The translations under genes were made by a program, and so were the position numbers. Under the pieces are notes generated by a model. That model was not told the origin of the DNA. It saw only the letters and a program-made list of their open reading frames with translations, and ran no database searches. A DNA stretch of 64,000 bases. Source: an uncultured virus (IMG/VR IMGVR_UViG_3300025133_000081). Taxonomy: Duplodnaviria; Heunggongvirae; Uroviricota; Caudoviricetes; Crassvirales. The stretch's first letter is position 1. The number at the start of each line of letters is the position of its first letter. Shown here one piece after another: positions 36,639 through 44,733 of this stretch. The stretch lies in IMG/VR virus record IMGVR_UViG_3300025133_000081; one strand, written 5' to 3'.

Positions 36639-36777
36639 ATGCACTGCTTCATAGATTAATAGCCTTTTATAGGAAAGCGTATAAGCATCATTGAGGTATA
36701 ATTATCTTAATTACACCTCTTTGATGTACGCTATCCCATTACAAACATACAAATAACCGTTCAAAAAACAAGAAAAC

Positions 36778-37086
36778 ATGCCAAGTTGTTTTAAATTATT
36801 CAAAAAGACTGATGGTCAAGCACAGTCGTTAAACAAGCTTGATGAAGAAATTTGTACCCTTTTAGGTGTACCTGTTCACCCTAAGAAGTATGGTGGACAT
36901 ATCTATAACTGGTTTGATACTGTTGGTTTTCAAATAGCTACTGGTAAAGACCTAGGTTCTCAAGAATTACGTGACCACTACCTCTCTCCAATGTGGATTG
37001 AAGATACGTGGATTATCAAGGTGATCGACTACCTTGAGGATAACTATACTAGCCACAGCTTCTATCAACCGAAGCATGTGGACTAG
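36778..37086 (+). CDS. Hypothetical protein
   Basis: MP.CF.L...L..LDEEIC...V......Y...W.D.VG...A.G recurrent phage motif. Confidence 0.65.
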   Translation: MPSCFKLFKKTDGQAQSLNKLDEEICTLLGVPVHPKKYGGHIYNWFDTVGFQIATGKDLGSQELRDHYLSPMWIEDTWIIKVIDYLEDNYTSHSFYQPKHVD

Positions 37087-37551
37087 TTCCATTAATAGTG
37101 AGTTTGGTCCTTAACAGGATGGGTTCTCTGCAAAATACTACCAGTAATGATAGTTGCTATTATTAATCTTTATGGTCTCCCAATTATCCAATAGTCACTC
37201 GTTGGATGATAGAGATCATGATGGAATATCAAGGAGTGAATGAGTTAATGGATATAATAATACACCATTGGCAATATAACCCGTATTAAGAGTTCTCATA
37301 AAATAGTTAAGAGAGAACTTTGTCCTACCTGTCTAGGATGCTATAATTATGAACAACTGAAGAAAACTGAACCTCATAGAAGATAGAAGCACCTATTTAT
37401 ATGAAAATACTAAGTGTGGAGGTTTAACACCCGATGAAGCATAGAGATCTGTAGAAAGGCTGCAGGTAAGACTTACGTTGTGCAAGTAAGACTAGGAGAG
37501 AGGCAGGACTCTCTGAAATATTTTTAAACTCAAACTATTAAAACCTATAAC

Positions 37552-37689
37552 ATGAAACTTCAGACAAATACTAAACAATCCACAGTCAATAACAAGATCA
37601 GAAGATTGACCAGACATCTCAAGAAGAATAATTATTACGGTAACGATAAGCAAGCAATGGAAGCTCTTGCTAAATTAACTAAAGTATAG
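37552..37689 (+). CDS. 45-aa basic peptide (not in ORF track)
   Basis: MKLQTNTKQSTVNNKIRRLTRHLKKNNYYGNDKQAMEALAKLTKV. Confidence 0.55.
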   Translation: MKLQTNTKQSTVNNKIRRLTRHLKKNNYYGNDKQAMEALAKLTKV

Positions 37690-37692
37690 CTC

Positions 37693-38013
37693 ATGAAAAT
37701 AGGTGATGAAATAGTGTGTATTGATACCTCAACTGTAGATAAATATGGTGTAGCTGGTAGTCCTATTAAAGGAGAGATATACACTATTATAGATGCAGCC
37801 GCATGTATTGAATGTGGAGAATATGAGATCAATGTAGGATTAACAAGTACTCTTGGTACAAGATGTACCTGTGGTCATATTACTGATCCTGGACCTGTCT
37901 ATAATGATCCCAAAAGATTTAGAAAAATTGAAAGACACACAGCTCAAGAGAATTGTGTCAATGTTCAATTGATTGAAGAAGGTTTGGATATTCCAACACC
38001 TGAATTAGTATGA
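37693..38013 (+). CDS. Hypothetical protein with zinc-ribbon Cys pairs
   Basis: KIGDEIVCID...GEIYTI, CIECG...CTCG, RFRK. Confidence 0.6.
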   Translation: MKIGDEIVCIDTSTVDKYGVAGSPIKGEIYTIIDAAACIECGEYEINVGLTSTLGTRCTCGHITDPGPVYNDPKRFRKIERHTAQENCVNVQLIEEGLDIPTPELV

Positions 38014-38015
38014 TA

Positions 38016-38092
38016 TATGGAGTAGTTTAAGTAAAACATTATCTTGATGCGATGACAGGATATTATAAAGGTATCGATTCCTTTCTCCGTAC
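38016..38092 (+). ncRNA. Degenerate tRNA-like cloverleaf
   Basis: Acceptor TATGGAG/CTCCGTA, D arm GTTT/AAAC, extended anticodon arm TATCTTG/CAGGATA with a 9-nt loop, T arm AAAGG-TATCGATT-CCTTT; no encoded CCA. Confidence 0.6.
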
Positions 38093-38113
38093 TTAACACA
38101 AAAAACAGATACA

Positions 38114-38512
38114 ATGAAACATTTAATTCAAATATTTCCAGACAAATTTGCAGAAATTGCAGGTACTAATAATAAATTAGCCTGTATTGCATTAGCACAG
38201 GTTACTACTACTGCTATTCATGATATTCTTAAAGAATATGATGAAACAACAACCATTGAAACTCTTGTAGTAAATGGATTTAAGATGGATATTCTTGTTA
38301 AGGTCAATAAGGACATTAACTATAACACAATGAATATGATTCTTACTGTATTTCCACAAGCAGTGGTAATTTCAAACAAAACAGCAGAACAGGCATTCAC
38401 AGTAGAGGATAATATTTATTCTTATGTGCCAATGAAACCAAGAACAATGACTGATCCACATTTCTGTATAGAATGTGGTCAAATTGCTCAACCTGATTGT
38501 CCAAACCATTAA
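38114..38512 (+). CDS. Hypothetical protein, C-terminal CxxC..C..H
   Basis: 132-aa ORF with A-rich leader. Confidence 0.6.
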   Translation: MKHLIQIFPDKFAEIAGTNNKLACIALAQVTTTAIHDILKEYDETTTIETLVVNGFKMDILVKVNKDINYNTMNMILTVFPQAVVISNKTAEQAFTVEDNIYSYVPMKPRTMTDPHFCIECGQIAQPDCPNH

Positions 38513-38522
38513 TAATACTTTG

Positions 38523-38557
38523 AACGGTGGCCTTGCTTAATAGCGGGTCACTGTTCT
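38523..38557 (+). terminator. Hairpin, probable terminator or processing site
   Basis: gaacggtggcc / ggtcactgttc stem with G-U pairs. Confidence 0.5.
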
Positions 38558-38566
38558 CTAAAATCA

Positions 38567-38755
38567 ATGATCATGATAACATTCTTTATAATAATAGTAG
38601 TACTTGCTCTTTATCTTTTAAGAGAAGAATATCGTATATATAATAATATTGATATATTCAACAGAGATGTAACTTTTAAAAGAGTAATAATAGCTGCAAC
38701 AGGATTTATATCAATAATATTTCTTGCAATCATGTGTATAATATATTTACCATGA
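38567..38755 (+). CDS. Small two-TM membrane protein
   Basis: Two hydrophobic segments. Confidence 0.55.
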   Translation: MIMITFFIIIVVLALYLLREEYRIYNNIDIFNRDVTFKRVIIAATGFISIIFLAIMCIIYLP

Positions 38756-38991
38756 TATTTATCAACAAAGTATCTCATGAGACAAATTATCTGGCATCAC
38801 ATGCTGATAACTATAGTAAAGTACAAGAACGGTTCAGACAAAAGAACCCACATACTTTTAGTGTAGTACATGGTTCAACTCTACGTCCTAGATTTCCTTC
38901 ATCAAAAATAGATTGGTTATTAGAAAGGTCACTCCATAATTTAATTGCAAAGGTCATACCATTCAATAATATTAAATTATTCAAAAGATGA
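38734..38991 (+). CDS. KR-tail small protein (ends NIKLFKR)
   Basis: Paralogue of 38988; probable start MIFINK at 38752. Confidence 0.6.
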   Translation: MYNIFTMIFINKVSHETNYLASHADNYSKVQERFRQKNPHTFSVVHGSTLRPRFPSSKIDWLLERSLHNLIAKVIPFNNIKLFKR

Positions 38992-39227
38992 TATTTATTA
39001 GAAAATATAGTAAGATAACTCATATCTTATATTGTGTAAGTGATAATTATACACGTATAATACATGACGAAGATTATATAAAGGTAAGAAAACCTACTAC
39101 TATATATCTAGTAAAAGGAAAATTACCTTTGACCCCTAGTAAAATTCAATGGGCTCATGATAGAAAACATCTAGCATTTGCAGCACCTTTCATTATGTTT
39201 AGAAATATAAGTGTATTTAAAAAATGA
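38988..39227 (+). CDS. KR-tail-like small protein (ends NISVFKK)
   Basis: MIFI...DNY...PSKI.W...R shared with 38734. Confidence 0.6.
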   Translation: MIFIRKYSKITHILYCVSDNYTRIIHDEDYIKVRKPTTIYLVKGKLPLTPSKIQWAHDRKHLAFAAPFIMFRNISVFKK

Positions 39228-39412
39228 GATGGATAAATATTGAAGATGATATACCTAAAAGATCAGGTAAATATATTGTCAAGACAAGAACTTCATTTAA
39301 TAATATCAATGCGTTTCTAGCAGGATATAAATATAATGAAGAAAAACAATCAGGTACATTTGATGTATCCAATCAAAGAATTACTCATTGGCTTAAATAT
39401 CCACCTCTATGA
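39224..39412 (+). CDS. DUF551-like small protein
   Basis: M.WI..ED..P...G.Y.V...ITHW..YP. Confidence 0.6.
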   Translation: MRWINIEDDIPKRSGKYIVKTRTSFNNINAFLAGYKYNEEKQSGTFDVSNQRITHWLKYPPL

Positions 39413-39687
39413 AATATACTACATATAATGTAAATCTTCTTCGAATACCTATAGGAGATGTTCTCTGTTCTTTAACAGGAGGACGTTTACTACATTTTAC
39501 AGGTGAATTTGGGAAAGAATTTCCTTTTAAAACTACATTTAAAAATGCTTCAACTTATCATATATTAAAGAAATCAAATGAAGATTCAGTAGTATATAAT
39601 TATGTACGATGGGCACAACAGAGAAGCTTAGTAGATCTAAGAGGTAAGACACTTTCTATTAAAAATCTTTCAACTTATCCAAGGTAA
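39409..39687 (+). CDS. KR-tail-like small protein (ends NLSTYPR)
   Basis: VRWAQQRSL resembles IDWLLERSL of 38734. Confidence 0.55.
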   Translation: MKYTTYNVNLLRIPIGDVLCSLTGGRLLHFTGEFGKEFPFKTTFKNASTYHILKKSNEDSVVYNYVRWAQQRSLVDLRGKTLSIKNLSTYPR

Positions 39688-39947
39688 TGCAACAGTATAT
39701 ACATATAATGCCATTTAGTCTTCTTGAATTAAAAAGACTTAAATCTGCTAGATTGATACAGGCATTTGGTAGTACACAACATCCTTTAGGATTTGAAATA
39801 ATGTATATTAAACGAATGTGTGTAGTAAAACATGATGATTCTATTTATGCATATCATAAGATTCATGCTTATGCTTCCATACAGAGTACTACTGTTTCAT
39901 TTGATCTAAAGATAACAATTAGACATTTAAGAATATATAAAAGATAA
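39687..39947 (+). CDS. KR-tail small protein (ends HLRIYKR)
   Basis: TAATG coupling; shared tail. Confidence 0.55.
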   Translation: MQQYIHIMPFSLLELKRLKSARLIQAFGSTQHPLGFEIMYIKRMCVVKHDDSIYAYHKIHAYASIQSTTVSFDLKITIRHLRIYKR

Positions 39948-40231
39948 AGAACTCCATTGAGACTATAGAAAAAATCCATACTATAAATAGTACTCCATAT
40001 ACAGCTCTCTGATAAAGGTTTGAAGACCTGAATTATAACTGTATAGCTATGAAAAAGTAATTTCACATTCAAATTAATTAAAACCCTTAAGGTTGTGAAC
40101 GGATTCTATTCTTGGGAGAGAATAGTTAAGTGATAAGATCTCCGACTTAGAGAGACTCACGATGGATTCTTCTTTTAACTTACACTCGGGTCGCAACTTA
40201 GCTGCGTAAGCAGTTTAAACAACCAGAGTTT

Positions 40232-40291
40232 AGAGAGTGGCACTATTTTTTGTGTCATAGGTTTTGTTGGTTAAGTGCCACTCTCTTTTTT
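40232..40291 (+). terminator. Terminator-like hairpin with an unusually large loop
   Basis: Perfect 13-bp stem agagagtggcact/agtgccactctct, 29-nt loop, T run. Confidence 0.65.
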
Positions 40292-40336
40292 CCTTTGAAA
40301 CAATAACACCACTATATTAACACAAAAATCATTAAA

Positions 40337-40600
40337 ATGAAAGGTTTTGCATTTAAAATCAAAAAAGCGGTCACAAACAGGCCCAAAGATTATTCAGGTC
40401 TTCCAGGCCTGCTTCATAACATGGGTGTCTCTCAAATTATTAATAGTAATTTGCAATTACATTCTTTTGTTTGGAAAGAATCCCCAAGATCTATTTCAGC
40501 AACCTTCTTCTTTCAAACAGAAGAGAGTAGAGCAAGAATCAATGGATTTAAAGAACTTATTCGAGAAACAATAGAGTTTCATAAGAATATTCATAACTGA
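40337..40600 (+). CDS. Hypothetical protein
   Basis: FVWKESP motif shared with 46308 (FNWKESP). Confidence 0.55.
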   Translation: MKGFAFKIKKAVTNRPKDYSGLPGLLHNMGVSQIINSNLQLHSFVWKESPRSISATFFFQTEESRARINGFKELIRETIEFHKNIHN

Positions 40601-40608
40601 AAAAGTTT

Positions 40609-40702
40609 TATACTGTCTGATTACAGAACTTGCCAAAGTTTAGTCCAACAGGACATCCGTAGCCTCATGCCGTAAGGAGAGGATTAAAGTGTAGTAAGTA
40701 TA
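40609..40702 (+). ncRNA. Multi-hairpin ncRNA candidate
   Basis: tatact/agtata closes tctg-atta-caga, aactt-gcca-aagtt, gtcc-aaca-ggac and cctc..cc-gtaa-gg..gagg. Confidence 0.5.
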
Positions 40703-40731
40703 GAACGACAAACAATCTAAAATTAAACAAA

Positions 40732-41202
40732 ATGAATTGGTATTTAATATTTTATTTATTCGCATTAGCATCTAAGATCTCATTTACATTTAAAACTCTA
40801 GCAATAATATTTTCATTGATTGCAGGATTATGTTTTTTAATATGGATAATATCAGGTTTGGATGAAGATAGTTCAGGAGTTCCTGTTGTTAGAAAGATGT
40901 TCTGGATATTTGCTCCTTTGGCCTTTTTTGCTTGGAGTGTATGGGCATTTATACCTGACAGAAATGACATGCTATTGATAATAGCAGGTGGTTCTGTAGG
41001 AGAGTTCATAGCAGGTGATGAGAATGCTAAAGAGATTCCACATGATGTAACAAGATTTCTTAGAAAAGAGATACTTGAAGCTACTATGGAATCAGGTAAT
41101 GAAGCATTGAAAGATGCTATTGGTATTGAATCAGAAGCAGATAAACTGAAGAAACTATCAAAAGAAGAACTTATTAAGTTACTTGAAAAACCAGACCCAT
41201 GA
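40732..41202 (+). CDS. Membrane protein
   Basis: Two to three TM segments then FIP.R..M..I.AGG motif. Confidence 0.65.
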   Translation: MNWYLIFYLFALASKISFTFKTLAIIFSLIAGLCFLIWIISGLDEDSSGVPVVRKMFWIFAPLAFFAWSVWAFIPDRNDMLLIIAGGSVGEFIAGDENAKEIPHDVTRFLRKEILEATMESGNEALKDAIGIESEADKLKKLSKEELIKLLEKPDP

Positions 41203-41804
41203 AAAGTTCTAAAGGACAGTTATTTTGGAATGAGGTATTACAGGATAAACATTTTCATGCATTCTTTGAAAAATATCCAAATGTATCTGAACATTCCATT
41301 CTGGAACGATTTAAAGAAGGACTGGTAGGAATTACAATTAATAACTCCTATTCAGACGCCTCTTGGGATGAATTTATCATTCTATGTAAAACTTCTTTTA
41401 AAAATGCTGATTCATACCCACCTAAGAAAAAACAGGGTTATACTCATTTTTGGGCAAGACGAAATACTGAACAATATTATTCTGCAGGTAAAGGTAAAGA
41501 AGGTGCACATAATGTACATGATTGGATAACTTTTAACACATTCAAAAAGTTATTAAAACTAGAAAAAACAGAAATCACTAAAAATAAAGAAAATGAAGTA
41601 CACGAAAAGACTGAAGAACAAGGAACAACAAGATGCAAAGGTAATCGATCGGATCGGAAAAAGATCCAAATTGCAAGCGCAAGCAGACCTCGTGGAAGTA
41701 GAATCACAGATCGAAGAAAAAGAAGCAGAGCTCGAAGGTCTTCGATTAGCGGAGAAAGATTATTCTCTTACGAGAGTTGCGGAATGTATGACCTCCATCA
41801 CTGA
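41199..41804 (+). CDS. Hypothetical protein
   Basis: 201 aa; C-terminal third overlaps 41593. Confidence 0.5.
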   Translation: MKSSKGQLFWNEVLQDKHFHAFFEKYPNVSEHSILERFKEGLVGITINNSYSDASWDEFIILCKTSFKNADSYPPKKKQGYTHFWARRNTEQYYSAGKGKEGAHNVHDWITFNTFKKLLKLEKTEITKNKENEVHEKTEEQGTTRCKGNRSDRKKIQIASASRPRGSRITDRRKRSRARRSSISGERLFSYESCGMYDLHH

Positions 41805-41865
41805 TCTTGTAACGATCTTTAAAGCTATGGAAGGAGAATTCAAATCAGAGTTTATAGATAAATAG
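41593..41865 (+). CDS. Coiled-coil protein
   Basis: Heptad-rich; similar in character to 47846. Confidence 0.6.
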   Translation: MKYTKRLKNKEQQDAKVIDRIGKRSKLQAQADLVEVESQIEEKEAELEGLRLAEKDYSLTRVAECMTSITDLVTIFKAMEGEFKSEFIDK

Positions 41866-41887
41866 TAGCAGGGCTATTGACAACAGA

Positions 41888-41925
41888 TAGGAGAATGTGG
41901 TGTAAAAACCCTTCTCCTATTTATT
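41888..41925 (+). terminator. Terminator-like hairpin
   Basis: ataggagaa / ttctcctat followed by T-rich sequence. Confidence 0.5.
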
Positions 41926-41947
41926 TCATCACACTAAAAAAAATATT

Positions 41948-42115
41948 ATGACACCACCTACAATAACCACTAAAGTAATGGCAGATATGAATGGAGACTT
42001 TTATGTCAGAGTTTATGTCAATGAAGTATTATGTTTTAGATCAATGTCTTTTAAAATACAAAAGAGAGCTGAAGAATATGCTCAAAATTTTGAAAATGCA
42101 TTAAAACCTAAATAA
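41948..42115 (+). CDS. 55-aa hypothetical protein (not in ORF track)
   Basis: MTPPTITTKVMADMNGDFYVRVYVNEVLCFRSMSFKIQKRAEEYAQNFENALKPK; stop 1 nt before the next ATG. Confidence 0.55.
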   Translation: MTPPTITTKVMADMNGDFYVRVYVNEVLCFRSMSFKIQKRAEEYAQNFENALKPK

Positions 42116-42116
42116 A

Positions 42117-42491
42117 ATGAAAAGCAACACAGTAATTGAATTTACCCAACAGAACATAAGTGACGCGTATAATATTGGTGCATACATCATTCGTGATGAT
42201 GTAAACATTGAAGAACGTGTACAATATGCATGTACTTGGGTCAAGAAGATAGTCTATCAACTGACAATAGGTACAGATAAATACGGTCTTTGCTCAGCGT
42301 TAACTGATGGTTGGTGCTATTTTATTGGTTCTAAACAAGAATTGATAGATAAACTTAATAACTATGAGAATGGTAAGGATAAGGATGGTAACGCCAAGTT
42401 TATCAAGTGGAGATTTATGACTGAAGATGAGTTATTATACCTTATTCAAAATCGTACAAATCAAGAACAACTTGTTCGCAATCCTACCTAA
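42117..42491 (+). CDS. Hypothetical protein
   Basis: 124-aa ORF in operon. Confidence 0.6.
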   Translation: MKSNTVIEFTQQNISDAYNIGAYIIRDDVNIEERVQYACTWVKKIVYQLTIGTDKYGLCSALTDGWCYFIGSKQELIDKLNNYENGKDKDGNAKFIKWRFMTEDELLYLIQNRTNQEQLVRNPT

Positions 42492-42493
42492 TC

Positions 42494-43153
42494 ATGAAAC
42501 AGAGAGCAAAAACACATCTGTTACCTACGGATAGACAAACTTCAATTGTAATTAACAATTCAATTGGGGATAAACAGTTACAGTTTAGACCTGACTTAAT
42601 AGGTAGTTCCAAAATGGTAAGATCTGCATTGACCTTTTATAACCTCTACATCACAACTGATGAAGAGCCTAAAACTGATGATTGGGTTATTGAAACAGCA
42701 AATGGCAACGTAGTTGTACAATTTGATGAGATGTCTCTCAATCAACGTAGCATGGGATGCAGAAAGATCATCGCAACAACTGATCCTGAGTTAGTTATAA
42801 ATATCAGTAGACCTTTAGGTGTAGTTCAAGAGTTACCCCAACCTTCACAATCATTCATAGAGCATTACTGTAAAGTAGATGGTCTTGATGAGGTTGATGT
42901 GGAGTATGAGAGTAATATTAATAGAGGAGAAAAGTATTCTAAAGACAGTAAACTACAAACGGGTGATGTGATTTGTAATCCTATTTATATTCCCAAACTA
43001 GACTCCAACAACTGCATCATCACTCATTCTATCAAGGACAGTTATACTCGTGAAGAAGTAATACACATCATGGGACAGTTGTTCGACCAATTAAGTGCAA
43101 ACAGAGTATTTACTCAAGGAGCATTTGATGAATACGTAGAAGAGTTATTATAA
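42494..43153 (+). CDS. Conserved Bacteroidota-phage hypothetical protein
   Basis: LYITTDEE.K.DDW, C.KIIATTD, LPQPSQSFIE, KDSYTREEV motifs. Confidence 0.65.
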   Translation: MKQRAKTHLLPTDRQTSIVINNSIGDKQLQFRPDLIGSSKMVRSALTFYNLYITTDEEPKTDDWVIETANGNVVVQFDEMSLNQRSMGCRKIIATTDPELVINISRPLGVVQELPQPSQSFIEHYCKVDGLDEVDVEYESNINRGEKYSKDSKLQTGDVICNPIYIPKLDSNNCIITHSIKDSYTREEVIHIMGQLFDQLSANRVFTQGAFDEYVEELL

Positions 43154-43188
43154 ACCGCATAAAAATCAGAAAACATGCAACAACCTGT

Positions 43189-43610
43189 TTCAAGCAAGCA
43201 GTATGATGTGACCTGCGAGAGCGGTGAAGCACGAGATTACAGCTCTACCTAAGAGCGTTGTTTGTTTGAATGTGTCAAGAGTTATTAGACAGCGAGGCAT
43301 TGAGTTCGCGTGACGCACTGATTGAGACATCCAGTATAGGGTAACTGGCAGGTATAACTTATTGAGAGAGTAGTGGTGGGTGATACATCACTTTAGAAAA
43401 GTAAGAGTCCTGACAGAAATGCTTAGGATGCCATCAGCAATAAATGCCTTTGTAAAGAAGGAGTTGAATAGTTGACATGCTGCTTTTATCTCTCATACTT
43501 ATTACTCCCTTCCAATTGCAGGTATAGGCCACGCTTGTTTTGTAGGACATTGTCCACGGCAAGAGAGTCGGACGAATGCGAAAGCTTCAGGGTGCAACCT
43601 TGGGGGAGTA
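43189..43610 (+). ncRNA. Cluster of structured ncRNA candidates
   Basis: GC-richer gene-free stretch with closing helices 43189-43270, 43363-43495 and 43503-43610, plus internal GNRA hairpins. Confidence 0.55.
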
Positions 43611-43635
43611 TATTTTAATCGATAAAACAAAAATA

Positions 43636-43980
43636 ATGAGTGAAATAGGTAATCAATTATGTCATGATATGATCTTTAAGGGATATAAACCCACTAAAGA
43701 AGAACATGAACTGATAATTAAAGAAGTTCAAGATGAATTCTATGTGGTAGATCCTACTGATATAGAATCAGAATTAGAAGAAAAACAATATGATAAGGAC
43801 GGTGTTCTTATTGCATGGCATGGTAGAACATCTTATAAAAGAGATGTACCTAATGATCATGAACGAGATGTATTTGGTAATACTACTAATTACTATCGTA
43901 AAAAAACTATTAAAAAGAAATCAAAAACAATCTATCCAGTAACTAATCAGGTCTGGGTCAAACCTTCAAAATTTAAATAA
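43636..43980 (+). CDS. Hypothetical protein
   Basis: Start reassigned to MSEIGNQ (A-rich leader); the track start lies inside a structured RNA. Confidence 0.55.
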   Translation: MSEIGNQLCHDMIFKGYKPTKEEHELIIKEVQDEFYVVDPTDIESELEEKQYDKDGVLIAWHGRTSYKRDVPNDHERDVFGNTTNYYRKKTIKKKSKTIYPVTNQVWVKPSKFK

Positions 43981-43981
43981 T

Positions 43982-44236
43982 ATGGAAAGTTCACTTTTAC
44001 TATCACTTCTAGTATTAACATTTGGTATTATCAGTATTTTAATTGTATATTTTAAGCAAGATGATATTACATTTGTAGTTTCTAATTTATTTCTTATAAG
44101 TACTATAATAGGTATAGGACTTTATCGTATATTTACTGAAGGACCATCATTCTTATTAATACTTTCACCATTACTTTGGACAACGGTATTATGGTTGACC
44201 TATAAAAGATATAGACAACTGAATGGAGATACATAG
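43982..44236 (+). CDS. Small three-TM membrane protein
   Basis: Hydrophobic segments. Confidence 0.55.
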   Translation: MESSLLLSLLVLTFGIISILIVYFKQDDITFVVSNLFLISTIIGIGLYRIFTEGPSFLLILSPLLWTTVLWLTYKRYRQLNGDT

Positions 44237-44363
44237 ATATTGCTATTAGTTTACTAACAATTCCGCCAGAGTGCCTGATACGTTAAAGTCAACTAATATT
44301 ACCTAGCAATAAAAAACTTTACGATAGGTTGAAGTAAAGGTTATAACCCTATCCTTTTTAATT

Positions 44364-44501
44364 ATGAAAAAAAGAAGAAAAAAGAAAGATGGTGAATTAA
44401 TGCATCATATTCAGAAGAAAATGACTGAAAAAACTTATAAAGATAAGAAAAAATATGAGCGTAAGAAAAAACACCAAAAAAAACCAGACAAGTTTGATTA
44501 A
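44364..44501 (+). CDS. 45-aa highly basic ArfA-like peptide (not in ORF track)
   Basis: MKKRRKKKDGELMHHIQKKMTEKTYKDKKKYERKKKHQKKPDKFD; YxRKxKH motif. Confidence 0.6.
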   Translation: MKKRRKKKDGELMHHIQKKMTEKTYKDKKKYERKKKHQKKPDKFD

Positions 44502-44733
44502 TACTAAGTCAAATATACCTAATGCTAGTATTATTGAAGGAAAAATTATTATTGGCAAAAAAGAAAAAATACAATTAATATATCTAGATGTATCAAATGT
44601 TTATTTACGTACCGATAATAGTGATTTTTCTTCTAAAAGAGAGTATTATAGTATATGTATAACAGGATCTTCTACATCTTTTTATGTAAATAGTAGAATA
44701 TTATTAGCTCACCATGTAATTTTTAAAAGATGA
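44455..44733 (+). CDS. KR-tail small protein (ends HHVIFKR)
   Basis: Shared tail; true start possibly TTG near 44494. Confidence 0.55.
   Translation: MSVRKNTKKNQTSLINTKSNIPNASIIEGKIIIGKKEKIQLIYLDVSNVYLRTDNSDFSSKREYYSICITGSSTSFYVNSRILLAHHVIFKR

Noticed and set aside
38016..38092. Functional canonical tRNA
   Set aside because: A 9-nt anticodon loop, 8-nt T loop and missing D-loop GG prevent assigning an anticodon; reported as tRNA-like only.
43576..43635. Track start of the ORF at 43576
   Set aside because: Overlaps a structured RNA; the ATG at 43636 has the typical A-rich leader.
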